Translations under genes and position numbers: made by a program | IMG/VR virus record: IMGVR_UViG_3300028840_008160 | Span: 248,001 to 312,000 of that record | Strand: one strand, 5' to 3' | Length of the DNA stretch: 64,000 bases | The notes under the pieces: generated by a model | The model's input: only the letters and a program-made list of their open reading frames with translations | Database searches by the model: none | Told to the model about the DNA's origin: nothing | Shown here: piece by piece, positions 18,537 to 29,430 of the stretch | Position numbering within the stretch: position 1 is the first letter of the stretch | Layout: each line of letters begins with the position of its first letter

Positions 18537-20629
18537 ATCACACTGCTCAAATTCAGAAAGAATTTGTAAAAGAGGCACGCAAGTGGGACGATCTTACGTA
18601 TGAGGAACAAAAAGGATATCTTTCAAGGCATCCTGCTTCAAAAAGAAAGATAACTGCAAAGCAGGGTATGCCGTCAAAGAAAAAACTGAAAGAAAAACTT
18701 GAGAAACGAATTCCTGGCAGTAAGAAAGAAAAAGTTGATGCAGCAACTACTGAAAGACAACAGAAATTAAAAGAGAGAGCTGAAGAACGAAAAAAAGAGA
18801 AAGACATTAGTAAGCGTCAACAAGAACGAGCTGTAAAAAAATCATATCCACCATCACCAGTTTTAGATAAAGCACTTGGTAAATTATATACAAAGTATGT
18901 TGCATTGTTTGAAGCTCATGGACCAATATCAAAATATAATGAATCTTCCCCAGTGACTGCAAAAATTAATCAAATGTGGAAAGCTGCTTTTCCAAGTGAA
19001 AAGATTGAAGGTGAATATGTTTTTGATGCAGTTGAACGTGAATTAGGGCTGGCATCAAAAAGTCATGGTCCTGGAAGAAAAAAGGGTAAACCTACACGTA
19101 AAACGTTACCGACTAAAGAAGAATTTATTGACGCGATGAAAGAAACGTTTATTAATACTGATCGCGAATATCCAAAAGTTGAGGGCGAAAAAGATCCTCT
19201 GATAGCTGAAAACAAAAAATATGGATTTAGTGAACCGATATCTGGTAGTGAAAGAACAAGACTTACAGCAATAGAAGAATCATTGCCAGATGACCAAAAG
19301 AAATTTGCTAAACATTTAGTTGTTAAAGATAGAACATATGGTGTAGATGATAGAGGTCATGATTGGAATGGTCAACGTGAACTAGTTGATACTAGTGATG
19401 ATAGACCTATTATCAAATCAACATATAACAGTCCAAATTATACTGACAAACGAGAAATTACACATTTTCTTGTGCCTATAACTAGTCGATTTGCTGTGAA
19501 AAACTGGGCTCGTGGAATAGGTGGATTAGAGTACGCGCAATTCGATACGCTTGAAAAAGCAAAAGCTGGTATGAGTCAATTGCCAGAACAAGAAACAAAA
19601 GCAAAACTTCGTAATGAAATAGAAGAACTAACAAAGAAGATTAACAAAACTTCTGAAACTATTATTAAAGAAGGATATGGTGAAAATGATCCACCATCTG
19701 GCAGTACTGTAAGAATGATTGCCAGATCAATTTTGGAAGCACCTCGAGAAGATGTGTATTCAACAAATTACAATTCGCAAGGAAAAGTTATTGGTAAATC
19801 GCTTTACAGAAAAGGTCGCGAATTTTTGTTGACTCCTGAACAACAAAAACAGGTTGTAAAAGTAATATCTAATCCGTCTTCTGCTAGTGCTGAAGATATT
19901 GTTGTAGCAAAAGAACACTTCGATTACTTTGTTGACGATTTAGAAAGTAATAAAGATTTACAATCTGAATATGATAAAAAGTATTTGAATAGATTTTTAC
20001 AGCACAAAGACAAATATAAGAAAGCAATTGATAAGATTGAACCAATTGTTATTTTAAGACAGAAGCTGTCAGACCAGCATGGTCATCAAACAAAAGAAGA
20101 TGTCAAACTTCCAGAAGGTTTTGAATTTGCTGATAAGCCGACAATGTCTCATGAATTTAGTGGAGCTGATTTCTTTGTGAAAAGTAAAGATGGTGATATT
20201 GAAATGGCAATAAGCACAAGTGAACCAGCTGTGGGTGGTTATTCGCCAGTTTATGGTGAAGTTTTCTATAAAGTACCAGGGCAAGACGGACTTTATACGC
20301 TTGGTCGAAGAGGAGTTGATTCTGGACTAGATGGCGACTGGAATGATGATGTCAATGATGTAATTAATGAAGCAATCGGACGAGTTAGAGAAAAACAGGA
20401 TAGAATATCAAGATCAGTAACTGTATCAGTGGGTAAGAGCTCTTGGCATGTTACACCAGAAAATTTAGAAAAAATGAAAGAAAAGCTTCGTAATGGTAAA
20501 ACTGTGACTTTCATGCCGCATGGTTTTGGCACAGGATATTATGTGAAAGCTAGACTGGGTCAACCAACAACTGAAACTGAACAAATATTTGGTTTGCCTA
20601 TATCTGTTAGTTCGTTTGACGCTGATTAA
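18533..20629 (+). CDS. Large leader-family protein with RHPxSKR module (putative virion-internal protein)
   Basis: MNHTAQIQKEFVKEARKWDDLTYEEQKGYLSRHPASKRK; 698 aa, hydrophilic. Confidence 0.7.
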   Translation: MNHTAQIQKEFVKEARKWDDLTYEEQKGYLSRHPASKRKITAKQGMPSKKKLKEKLEKRIPGSKKEKVDAATTERQQKLKERAEERKKEKDISKRQQERAVKKSYPPSPVLDKALGKLYTKYVALFEAHGPISKYNESSPVTAKINQMWKAAFPSEKIEGEYVFDAVERELGLASKSHGPGRKKGKPTRKTLPTKEEFIDAMKETFINTDREYPKVEGEKDPLIAENKKYGFSEPISGSERTRLTAIEESLPDDQKKFAKHLVVKDRTYGVDDRGHDWNGQRELVDTSDDRPIIKSTYNSPNYTDKREITHFLVPITSRFAVKNWARGIGGLEYAQFDTLEKAKAGMSQLPEQETKAKLRNEIEELTKKINKTSETIIKEGYGENDPPSGSTVRMIARSILEAPREDVYSTNYNSQGKVIGKSLYRKGREFLLTPEQQKQVVKVISNPSSASAEDIVVAKEHFDYFVDDLESNKDLQSEYDKKYLNRFLQHKDKYKKAIDKIEPIVILRQKLSDQHGHQTKEDVKLPEGFEFADKPTMSHEFSGADFFVKSKDGDIEMAISTSEPAVGGYSPVYGEVFYKVPGQDGLYTLGRRGVDSGLDGDWNDDVNDVINEAIGRVREKQDRISRSVTVSVGKSSWHVTPENLEKMKEKLRNGKTVTFMPHGFGTGYYVKARLGQPTTETEQIFGLPISVSSFDAD

Positions 20630-20655
20630 CTATCTTGTAAACTGGTTTGTAAATT

Positions 20656-20685
20656 GAGCTGCTATTTTTTAGCAGCTCTTTTTTT
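20656..20685 (+). terminator. Intrinsic terminator
   Basis: GAGCTGCTA-ttttt-TAGCAGCTC then T7. Confidence 0.85.
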
Positions 20686-20779
20686 GTCATCTAATATTTA
20701 TTAGTTATGCTAAACTATTAGCAAAAAGTTGCAGTTTTTCATATTCAATGTAATGTAACTTACTGTCAAAAAGGAGGTT

Positions 20780-20968
20780 TTGGTTCATTATAGACATGTT
20801 GGATTATACTTTGATAAAAGCACTAATTGTATAGGATTCAAATATTGAAAATTGAAGACAAGAACTGTAAACAATTCACTAAGAGCAATAATAGCTTTAG
20901 TAAGTTTTTTAATTACTATAGATTACGATACTATTGAAAACAACAAGGTTCAAATTACAAGAAAATGA
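20780..20968 (+). pseudogene. Small ORF with an internal TGA
   Basis: AAGGAGG SD, TTG start; ...GFKY*KLKTRTVNNSLRAIIALV... (TGA 20846-20848). Confidence 0.4.
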
Positions 20969-21005
20969 TGAGCAAATTATATTTATCAGATACAAGGAGT
21001 GTTGA

Positions 21006-21200
21006 ATGCATATTAAAATAGATGGAGATAAACGATTAGTGTCAATGAATGGTGAAGAGCTGGCTGATACATTATTAACTCGATATAAAGCGTCACAAGG
21101 CATTGTGAATTTTAGATTGTTAGTTGATCCGTCTAATATTAAAGTTGAGACAAAAGACGGTAAAATCTCTGACGTGCGATTTGTTGTTACTAGTGAATAA
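21006..21200 (+). CDS. Hypothetical protein
   Basis: AAGGAG SD, 64 aa. Confidence 0.55.
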   Translation: MHIKIDGDKRLVSMNGEELADTLLTRYKASQGIVNFRLLVDPSNIKVETKDGKISDVRFVVTSE

Positions 21201-21426
21201 TAAAGCAATATATCTCATTCAAATTGAACAGATTAGAAATGTCTCTAAAGATGTGACTCAAGATGGTATTGAGAAATATGTTGAGATGCTAAAGAATGAT
21301 AAACTAATCCAGCCGATTGTTGTCAAGAAAATTACAGAAGATTTGTATATGCTAAAAGATGGTTCCCACAGAATTTGTGCGCATTTACAATGCGGAAAAG
21401 ATTCAGTTTTAGCACATATCATATAA
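21193..21426 (+). CDS. ParB/Srx-like N-terminal domain protein
   Basis: IQPIVV...YMLKDGSHRI. Confidence 0.7.
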   Translation: MNNKAIYLIQIEQIRNVSKDVTQDGIEKYVEMLKNDKLIQPIVVKKITEDLYMLKDGSHRICAHLQCGKDSVLAHII

Positions 21427-21435
21427 GGAGATGAC

Positions 21436-21795
21436 ATGAGTGACCTATTACAATTTAAAGCAGCAAGCGGCCATGTTTTCTTTTTAGATAATTTGATTGC
21501 GTTTGTCATTGGAACTGCATCTATGATGTATTTGTGTTGGATGACAGTAAAGAAGCAGTATGACAAAATATTTCATTGTGTATTGAGTGCGCTTATTACA
21601 TTTGTAATAGGTTATGTTCTTCAGATTATTGGTTGGCCGTGGTGGATAGCACCGATAGTGGCTTTAACTATCGGCTTCAGTAAAGAAATGGCTGACAAGC
21701 TCAATAAGAAAAAACAATTATTTGATTGGTTTGACATTGTGGCTGATGTTATTGGCATCACTTCAGTGACAATACCATATTTAGTATTGAAATGA
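21436..21795 (+). CDS. Small membrane protein (VanZ/DUF2279-like)
   Basis: DKIFH...GFSKE...FDWFDIVAD with hydrophobic helices. Confidence 0.55.
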   Translation: MSDLLQFKAASGHVFFLDNLIAFVIGTASMMYLCWMTVKKQYDKIFHCVLSALITFVIGYVLQIIGWPWWIAPIVALTIGFSKEMADKLNKKKQLFDWFDIVADVIGITSVTIPYLVLK

Positions 21796-22223
21796 ATTAT
21801 AGTTATTCTGACTGGTGTATGCATTATTATGGATATGAACTGAACGAGGAATGTTTGTTAGAACAAGAAGAATCTAGTTTAAGACGAGATGCATTCTTTT
21901 CTGGAATACGAAGTCAAGTATATAAAAACGTTTGTAAAGGTGTAGATGGACGATATCAGTGGAATTTAGTTTCAGGTAAACGACATTACAGAAAAGATGG
22001 TAGTAAAATTCATTTAGCAAAAGAGACGACATCAGTCTTGTCACGAATTTTTGAACGTTTTAATGAGACAGAGGGTCGTGATTTACTGTTTGAATTGAAT
22101 ATCAGTGTGCCAGAAAATGAAGATGATGTTATTGAATGGATATCAAATGCTTTACCAAAAAGAGAAATTTCTGCTAGAGCGTTTAGATTTGTGTTAGCTA
22201 AATATAAAAAACAATTTTGTTGA
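21792..22223 (+). CDS. Hypothetical protein
   Basis: 143 aa, ATGA overlap. Confidence 0.55.
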   Translation: MNYSYSDWCMHYYGYELNEECLLEQEESSLRRDAFFSGIRSQVYKNVCKGVDGRYQWNLVSGKRHYRKDGSKIHLAKETTSVLSRIFERFNETEGRDLLFELNISVPENEDDVIEWISNALPKREISARAFRFVLAKYKKQFC

Positions 22224-22277
22224 AAAGAGTCAACAGTTCTAGCAGTTATGTGTTTGGTCTATTAATAGGAGGTGATT

Positions 22278-22535
22278 ATGTTAGACGTCGACATTAAACC
22301 TGGTACAACAAAAGCAAAACTTCATTTGCGTGATCGTAATAGTTTAATTAGTGTTACTAGTGAAATTATGCGAAATGGTCTATTGGGACCCATTGTTCAA
22401 GGTGCGCCATTTTTATCAATTACTTGCGACTGTGGCAAAATGTTTGAATACAAAACAGATCGTGATGTACCTTGCAGCAATGTCAAATGTGATTGTGGTG
22501 CGCAAATTATTCTTTATGATGCAGAGCTTATATGA
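22278..22535 (+). CDS. Small Zn-ribbon protein (paralog of 39961..40290)
   Basis: AGGAGG SD; TCDCGKMF...DVPCSNVKCDCGAQIILY. Confidence 0.6.
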   Translation: MLDVDIKPGTTKAKLHLRDRNSLISVTSEIMRNGLLGPIVQGAPFLSITCDCGKMFEYKTDRDVPCSNVKCDCGAQIILYDAELI

Positions 22536-22671
22536 GTGATATTGTGTTCGATAGACAAAATGGAAAATACACATGTCTTGACTTTACAAGACAAATGACA
22601 AATGATTGTTCTGAATGTAAAAATTGGAATCAGTTCGATTTATTTACAGATAATGATTGAAAGTATGAAAG

Positions 22672-23256
22672 ATGCAATGGGAAGTTCTTGATTTTGTAGA
22701 ATTCTGTAGATCTGTGCCAAAACATGGTTTAGTTGTTGCATCTAGCGGCAATGCTTCTTGTAGGTGTGGCGACGAATCTAATAGATTTATGATTACTAGA
22801 TCAGGCTTGTGGCTTGAAAATATGACAGAAGATGATGTCGCATTCATTCAAGATAATGAAACCTCTAATAATCCGTCAATGGAATTGCCTGTACATCTTG
22901 CTATCTATAATCGACGACCTGAAGCTAAAGTAATTCTTCATTTTCAATCACTTGCAGCTACAGCAATTGCGTGTATAAGGATAATGAATATCCCATTTTG
23001 TATCATTCCTGAAATCAAATACTATTTCAACAAAATCACTTCAATTGGTTATGCAAAACCCGGATCAATTAATCTCATTAATCTTATGACTGTGGCATTT
23101 AAAGAAGCTGATATTGTGCTTGCAGATAATCATGGACAGTTTGTTATTGGAGAATCATTTGAACATGTATTAAGACGAGCTATATTTTTTGAATTTGCTT
23201 GTAACTTGCTTCTTAAGATTGGAGTTGACAATTGGTCAAAAGTGAAAACAATATGA
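22672..23256 (+). CDS. Class II aldolase/adducin-family protein
   Basis: SSGNASCR, PSMELPVHLAIY, ILHFQS, DNHG. Confidence 0.85.
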   Translation: MQWEVLDFVEFCRSVPKHGLVVASSGNASCRCGDESNRFMITRSGLWLENMTEDDVAFIQDNETSNNPSMELPVHLAIYNRRPEAKVILHFQSLAATAIACIRIMNIPFCIIPEIKYYFNKITSIGYAKPGSINLINLMTVAFKEADIVLADNHGQFVIGESFEHVLRRAIFFEFACNLLLKIGVDNWSKVKTI

Positions 23257-23419
23257 TGCTTTATCATGCTTGATAGAATATGTAAATTTGAAGTGGCTGC
23301 TGAGATGCTAGACAACGCTGTAGAATTGGCCAAAGTTTAGTTGCTTACAAATGGAACGATTGACATCAACAATCAAAGTGTGACTATTATGGCAATCATA
23401 TCGAGAGAAAAGGAGATAT

Positions 23420-23878
23420 ATGATTGAACAGACATATACGATTGAACAGATGCTAAAAGTAATTGATGCAGCTTGCAAAAATTTGATAGAATACAAAGAA
23501 AGATCAAGTGAAGAATTTGCAGAAGCAATGAAGCAAATAATTATAAATACTGCAAAACATTTATTTTCTGTTGAAGAAGATCAAATAAAATTCAAGCAAG
23601 ATCCTAATGATGATAAAATAGCGATTATACCGGCAAATCTTTATACGTTATTACTTATGAGAGGTATCGTTCTACCATTTTCATATGTAGAAAAACATAA
23701 ACGTATTAATGATAATGAAGAAGTTGAATTAGATATTCCTGCAAACATACCATATTATAGTGGTCATACGATGGTATTTAAACCAGATTCGGCAAATCAT
23801 TATTTGCGACTTAATAAAGCTCTACAATATATCAAGCTAGATGTCACATTAAATTCAACATCATTACGCGCAGATTGA
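23420..23878 (+). CDS. Hypothetical protein
   Basis: AAGGAG SD, 152 aa. Confidence 0.55.
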   Translation: MIEQTYTIEQMLKVIDAACKNLIEYKERSSEEFAEAMKQIIINTAKHLFSVEEDQIKFKQDPNDDKIAIIPANLYTLLLMRGIVLPFSYVEKHKRINDNEEVELDIPANIPYYSGHTMVFKPDSANHYLRLNKALQYIKLDVTLNSTSLRAD

Positions 23879-23964
23879 TAAGAAGCTACAATAAAATCTC
23901 TTCAAGACAGATTTATTCTACTTAAATCACTAGTTTCATTTCATTTGATAGATTACTATCTATC

Positions 23965-24309
23965 ATGAAATATTTAGCTCAAATACAAGCTGAATTTCTT
24001 AAGTTGTCGCGGTCATTTGAAGAAATGACTATGGAACAACAACAAGAATATCTAAATATGCATCCTAGATCTAAAAAGTCACTTAGGGGTCAAGCGTTAA
24101 ACATTGCGCGTAAATTAGGATTGTATTACAACGGTTATCAACCAGAAATTCATGCGTTCATGTTTACAGAACCCGAAACTGAATCATCGTTTTATGCAAG
24201 AAATTTTGAAGAAGCTGAACATAAGATTCATGAAAAATGCGTGCTTTTTGGTCTTAAACATGCGTCTATCATCAAGCATGAGTATAAGTATCTCGCTACG
24301 CATTGTTAA
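23965..24309 (+). CDS. Leader-family protein with a degenerate RHPxSKR module; the frame continues past the TAA
   Basis: MKYLAQIQAEFLKLSRSFEEMTMEQQQEYLNMHPRSKK; IYDPGNLEMMQDLKRKIKEMRS follows the TAA in frame. Confidence 0.65.
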   Translation: MKYLAQIQAEFLKLSRSFEEMTMEQQQEYLNMHPRSKKSLRGQALNIARKLGLYYNGYQPEIHAFMFTEPETESSFYARNFEEAEHKIHEKCVLFGLKHASIIKHEYKYLATHC

Positions 24310-24380
24310 ATATATGATCCAGGCAATCTTGAAATGATGCAAGATCTTAAAAGGAAAATAAAAGAGATGAGGAGTTAGTT

Positions 24381-25526
24381 GTGAATCATAAAGCACTTAT
24401 TCAACAAGAATTCGAGAAAGTAGCACGTAAGTGGAATGATCTTACGTTGGAAGAGCAAAAAGCGTATCTTAAGAGACATCCTGCATCTAAACGTCGGCTT
24501 ACTGCTAAACCAAGAAGTAAGATACTAACTAAAAGTGAAGAATTAAAAAGAAAAATGCCTAGTCAAAGGATTAAAGAACGTAGGACAAAAGTTAAGCTGG
24601 ATGAGATGCGAGGTGTCGCAAGATTTCATGATCATCTTAGTCGACTTGAAAAATTAGCTGACAAAAATAGTTTAAACCGGCAAAAACTCGTATGGGTTCT
24701 TAATAATGCTCTTAAAAGTAAACGGCCTAGTGGTGGTAAACCAAGAACATATGGTATGTATGATTGGGGTAAAAATAAAGAAGTAGCTAAGAAGCTAGAT
24801 GTTGTTGTCAATAAAATAGCAGATGCTGTTAATGACATGGATGATAGACATTATGGTGCTAATAAAGCTGCTAAAGAATGGATCAACAATCATTTTTATG
24901 TTGAACGTAATGTAAGTGGTAAGAAAACTCCAAAAAGTATTAAAGAAATACGAGAATCAAAACCAAAGAAGTCAAAAGTAGTGAAGAAAAGTAAGACACC
25001 TGAGCATGTGACTACTGGTGATCGTGTAAGTTTTAGTTCTCGCAAAGGTCATATTGAAGGAACAATTACTGACGTTAGACATGGTAATAAATACATTAAG
25101 TATTTAGTCGAAACAGATGATGGACAACATTGGTGGGTAAAACGTCGTGAATCTGGTTATGCTCATGCTGGAATGAAATATTTAGGTAAAACATCTGAAA
25201 AAGATGCTAAACGGCTTCAGACTAACAGACAAGAATTTGATCAAGCATTGCAACACGAAAAACATGAGCGAACTCTCGATGGTCGAGAAAAACTTGAGCA
25301 GTTAGGTGTTCAAAGAGGTGACACAGTAACAATTAAAGGCACTAGATATAATTGGACAGCAAAAGTTATGGATATAGATTATCACAAAGGTGGTGTACGG
25401 ATAGATCAAGAAAGAACTAGACGTCAACGAGGCAGTTGGTTTAGTGATGTTCCTGGAAAGGTGACAACGCATTATAGATTTATACCTGCAAGGTTTATAA
25501 TAAGTTCAAGGAGAGAGGAGATTTGA
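24381..25526 (+). CDS. Leader-family basic protein with RHPxSKR module and two SH3/KOW-like barrels
   Basis: MNHKALIQQEFEKVARKWNDLTLEEQKAYLKRHPASKRR; TGDRVSF...EGTITDV and RGDTVTI...TAKVMDI. Confidence 0.7.
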   Translation: MNHKALIQQEFEKVARKWNDLTLEEQKAYLKRHPASKRRLTAKPRSKILTKSEELKRKMPSQRIKERRTKVKLDEMRGVARFHDHLSRLEKLADKNSLNRQKLVWVLNNALKSKRPSGGKPRTYGMYDWGKNKEVAKKLDVVVNKIADAVNDMDDRHYGANKAAKEWINNHFYVERNVSGKKTPKSIKEIRESKPKKSKVVKKSKTPEHVTTGDRVSFSSRKGHIEGTITDVRHGNKYIKYLVETDDGQHWWVKRRESGYAHAGMKYLGKTSEKDAKRLQTNRQEFDQALQHEKHERTLDGREKLEQLGVQRGDTVTIKGTRYNWTAKVMDIDYHKGGVRIDQERTRRQRGSWFSDVPGKVTTHYRFIPARFIISSRREEI

Positions 25527-25611
25527 GCGTTGACATTAGTGATGAGCCCAAGAGTTGACTGAATTCTTTTTAATTTGCAGAACAGTTTCTCAAAAGAAAT
25601 GGAGCTAACGT

Positions 25612-27420
25612 ATGGCAACATTTTATGTAGATATTGATGACAGTTTTACGCAGGCAGTGGATGCGGATGGTACGCCGTCTAAGCCGTATGATTATAATTG
25701 GTTTACGGGCCCCGCGCCTGCAGGCACACATACTTTTTACTTTCGCGGCAGCAGGACGCTATCAACGAACTTTGCATATAATCCAGCTTTTCAGTTATCA
25801 AGCGTACTTCCTTGGGATATGTCACTATACGGGCCTTGGCGTATAAATGGTGGTTCAAGTTATGAGATGTACATAACAGCTACAATGAAAGGCGGGATAA
25901 TATATTGTCCACGTATACATAGCGCAAGTGGGCCGCCTATGTCTGTTCCAATAGTACTTGAAGATTTATTTATTAACGCTCGATTCGACTTCGACAATCA
26001 GCAGTCGACACCTAATTACCCTACATTTCGTCGTTGTACTGTCTATAACGCAGATATCGCCTCTCAAATTGCAGCTATTTCAGCAGACACATGTGGGGCT
26101 TTTGACAGCTCTCTCTTAAATTGTGGTCTTATTGATAACAACGGGAATATGTTTGGTTCTGTTGACATGTCTGGGACTGCGTCTACAAAAGCTGGATTTA
26201 ACTCTCAGTTTGTTTGGGACGGGGGTCTAGATCCCTACTTAACTCTCAACGATCTTGGCGGAAATGTTTGGGGCGCAACACTTGAGAAATCTCTACCAGC
26301 ATGGGATAGCACGAATCTAACAGATTTTAATTTATTAGATGGTTATGGTGTTGGGGCTACAGGAAGCTGGGCGACAACAACAGCACCAAATTGGGCTTCA
26401 ACATATCCAAAAACTGGTACTATTGGTGGAACGTCTGTAGAGATTTTGTCACAAACAGATATGGACGGAACTTCGTATGCAGTTGTAGCACCTGATGGTG
26501 CAAGCGCACCAACTGCTCAGCAAGTAAAAGATGGCGAAGATAGTACAGGAACGCCTGTTGCTGCTGGTTTTGCTAATTCAGTAGCTTTAATAGCTGATAC
26601 AGAAGCAAATATGTTTTTAACTAATTTGGTATCAGAGACTGCTTATGATATTTATGTTGTAGCTGAAGGTGCATTATTACAAGATAATCCTATTAAGCTA
26701 GATGTAACAACTAGCGATATTACTGATCCTATCAACGCAGCTGGTTATCCGAAAGTAAATACGCTTGGTGAGACGACAGCCTCGTTTTTGACTAAAACCA
26801 ATGAAAATGGTATGGCTTATGTGGTGATAATACCAAGAGGAGCTAATAGTCCTACATCGGTGCAAGTGAAAGCTGGACAAGATAGTACGGGAACGTCAGT
26901 AGCTGCTGGATTTTCTGGATCTGCTTCGTTAGTAGCAAATACAGAAGCTACGTTAAATGTATCAAATTTATCTATAGGTACTCGATATGATGCATATATC
27001 GTTGCTGAAGACGCGCCGTATAATTTGCAAGATTCACCGATTAAAGTTGAATTTTCAACGATACCAAAAATTGTAAGTCAAATGAACGTGCCAAAGTCAT
27101 ATATTGGATCGTATGTTGTGATTAATGTAAATGGGCTTATTGTTACAACAGATAAAACGTATCCTGGGTCATTTACTATTGATGTAGAAGTTGGTAATCA
27201 ATATGAGATCGTACCATATACAGGATTAGACGCGACTGATGTAAAAGTTAGAATAAAAGTGTTGTCGCAGACTAATGATGAATGTCTTGTTTTAATAAAA
27301 GTAAATGATGGTGAGAATGATAGTAATACATTCTATTATAAGATTGTTATTGTAGCTGGAACAGAGAAGCCAAAGACAAAACCCGTGGGTTATGGCATTG
27401 ATGTAACAACTAGACAATAA
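25612..27420 (+). CDS. Putative virion surface/adhesin protein with two Fn3/Ig-like repeats
   Basis: N-terminal TFYVD...GTPSKPY; two ~110-aa repeats YPK...Y(A/V)V...AP(T/S)..QVK.G.DSTGT.VAAG...Y(D)(I/A)Y(V/I)VAE. Confidence 0.6.
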   Translation: MATFYVDIDDSFTQAVDADGTPSKPYDYNWFTGPAPAGTHTFYFRGSRTLSTNFAYNPAFQLSSVLPWDMSLYGPWRINGGSSYEMYITATMKGGIIYCPRIHSASGPPMSVPIVLEDLFINARFDFDNQQSTPNYPTFRRCTVYNADIASQIAAISADTCGAFDSSLLNCGLIDNNGNMFGSVDMSGTASTKAGFNSQFVWDGGLDPYLTLNDLGGNVWGATLEKSLPAWDSTNLTDFNLLDGYGVGATGSWATTTAPNWASTYPKTGTIGGTSVEILSQTDMDGTSYAVVAPDGASAPTAQQVKDGEDSTGTPVAAGFANSVALIADTEANMFLTNLVSETAYDIYVVAEGALLQDNPIKLDVTTSDITDPINAAGYPKVNTLGETTASFLTKTNENGMAYVVIIPRGANSPTSVQVKAGQDSTGTSVAAGFSGSASLVANTEATLNVSNLSIGTRYDAYIVAEDAPYNLQDSPIKVEFSTIPKIVSQMNVPKSYIGSYVVINVNGLIVTTDKTYPGSFTIDVEVGNQYEIVPYTGLDATDVKVRIKVLSQTNDECLVLIKVNDGENDSNTFYYKIVIVAGTEKPKTKPVGYGIDVTTRQ

Positions 27421-27594
27421 AATATGATATTAATTATTACAGCGATATTGTAATCAAGATATTTGTTATACATCTATATTCTTGATACAATGTTCTTGCA
27501 TCACCTACAATTCATTGCAATGGCTTAAGAATAATAGACTTAATGATAATAAGTTGTTAGCACAAATTGAACGAAGTGTTATGACGGGCATAAC

Positions 27595-28059
27595 ATGAAA
27601 CATTTTGCCAAGATACAACAAGAGTTCATTGAATAGATCTTCGCTAAAGATGGTTCAATAGAGAAGATTATTAATGGTGATTTAGAATTGGTTTGTGTGC
27701 CTGAAGATGAGACAAAAGATCATGTTAGTGGATCAGAAGCTAACAAGAATATGGTAAATCGTGTTATCTATATTAACAAACCAATTAAAGAAGTTGCTGA
27801 AAAATTTGATATCAAACTTTGTTTATGCCGTTGTAAAATGCAACAAGCAAGTGATACAGGAAATAAAGTTGCATTATATCACGGAAATGGCACTTTACCA
27901 GGTGGGTTTAGATATTGGATAGCTAATGAGCGATCTGATCTAGAAAATCAAGGATTTCTTGAGAACTCAACTCAATTTTGTTGGTTAAAACCTCATAAAG
28001 TTGCATCTACAAATAAGAATGACAAGAAATTACTAATTCAATTGAGTGGAAAGTTATAG
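27595..28059 (+). pseudogene. Leader-family gene interrupted by an in-frame TAG
   Basis: MKHFAKIQQEFIE*IFAKDGSIEK... (TAG 27634-27636), in frame with the ORF-track ORF at 27688. Confidence 0.65.
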
Positions 28060-28150
28060 CAGGCATAATGTGAGATCATTAATTTTGGGTTATGGCAGAT
28101 TATTAGAAGTCATTTGATAGATAGATTACTATTATATGAAAAATACATAA

Positions 28151-28510
28151 TTAAACAAAATATTTAACTTCTTGCAAGTCAGAATCTTTATTAAGTTGTT
28201 GTTTTATTTCAGATCGCAATTTATTTAGAATTATAATTCGTTTACTTACATCTGCGAATACGACGTCAGGCATTCTATCAGATAGTTTGTGATATTGAAC
28301 TGCTATTAATCTCCACAATTCTCTGTTGATTTCAAACAGTTTCCAAAATTCTTCATGGTATTTATCAATTATTGTAGGATGAAGTTTGTACAACTCATTG
28401 AGTTCTTTGAAGACACTTTCTGGGACGTCTGTAATATTTCTACTTTTAATTTCTAAAATAGTTACTTTATCAATAAATTCGCCAATTGAGATTGGACACA
28501 TGAGCTTCAT
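28151..28510 (-). CDS. DUF6165-like protein (glycosyltransferase-associated)
   Basis: PISIGEFIDKVTILEIK...INRELW...LNKLRSEIK...QEVKYF. Confidence 0.7.
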   Translation of the reverse strand: MKLMCPISIGEFIDKVTILEIKSRNITDVPESVFKELNELYKLHPTIIDKYHEEFWKLFEINRELWRLIAVQYHKLSDRMPDVVFADVSKRIIILNKLRSEIKQQLNKDSDLQEVKYFV

Positions 28511-29430
28511 AATATAGCTTCTATTGCAGATTGTATGTAATTTAATTGAATATGATTACAATCTTCAGTAGGATGCTCTAGTGAAAAAAATGGTGCTTCA
28601 ATATCAAGCGGTTTTGTAAAGTTTGATCCGTATGAATATAGTACAACTGCAGGCTTACCTAAAGCAAATGCTAGATGAGAAAAATAACTATCTACTGTAA
28701 TTACAGCATCAGCCATATCAACAATAGCACTAACATTTCTTAATGTACCACATGCATGAGTACAAGGTAAATTAAATGGATCTGATTGATTAAGATAAAT
28801 GACATTATGATGTTTAATAAGTTCATAAATACTTCTAACTATTTTTTCGTTTAGAGACCGAATAGATACTGATGCTAATGGTGCAAAACAAATATTTTTC
28901 TTTTCATCTGATAAAAATGGTACTACACTAAAACATTCTTCGTCTACTACTTTGTATAAATATTTCCAGCTTGATGGATTAATGCCCATCATTGCAGCAA
29001 AGATTTTTGATGTAGGGCCGTCAATTAGTTTGCTGTATTTTTTACATAATGGTACAATTTCAGGATTGCTTTTACCGCCAGTTTTTTGTAATTGCGCGAA
29101 TTGATTCATAAATTCTACATAAGTGTTGCCAGGGTCGTGATGTGTACCGGTAAATCTATTTTTTGGGCCGATAATACCTCGCCAAATACATTCATCTTTT
29201 GTTGTTTCTGGTCGAATGTCTGTAAAATTGAGAACTACATCGTAGTGTTTGTGGAAGTTCATAGGTAGAACTTGAATAAAGCCAACATCAAACACGTTTT
29301 GCAATGGCTCTGGCGAACTAGTAAAGTCAAAGTGACAAGGGCCAATTTCTTCTTCTAATTTTTTAAAAATAGGAGAGAACCGAATACAATCACCAAGACC
29401 AAAATACGATAAAACGCAGACTTTTTTCAT
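28507..29430 (-). CDS. Glycosyltransferase family 9 (heptosyltransferase-like)
   Basis: Reads on the minus strand; GLGDCI, FAPLAS, VITVDSYFSHLAFALGKPAVVLY. Confidence 0.85.
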   Translation of the reverse strand: MKKVCVLSYFGLGDCIRFSPIFKKLEEEIGPCHFDFTSSPEPLQNVFDVGFIQVLPMNFHKHYDVVLNFTDIRPETTKDECIWRGIIGPKNRFTGTHHDPGNTYVEFMNQFAQLQKTGGKSNPEIVPLCKKYSKLIDGPTSKIFAAMMGINPSSWKYLYKVVDEECFSVVPFLSDEKKNICFAPLASVSIRSLNEKIVRSIYELIKHHNVIYLNQSDPFNLPCTHACGTLRNVSAIVDMADAVITVDSYFSHLAFALGKPAVVLYSYGSNFTKPLDIEAPFFSLEHPTEDCNHIQLNYIQSAIEAIL

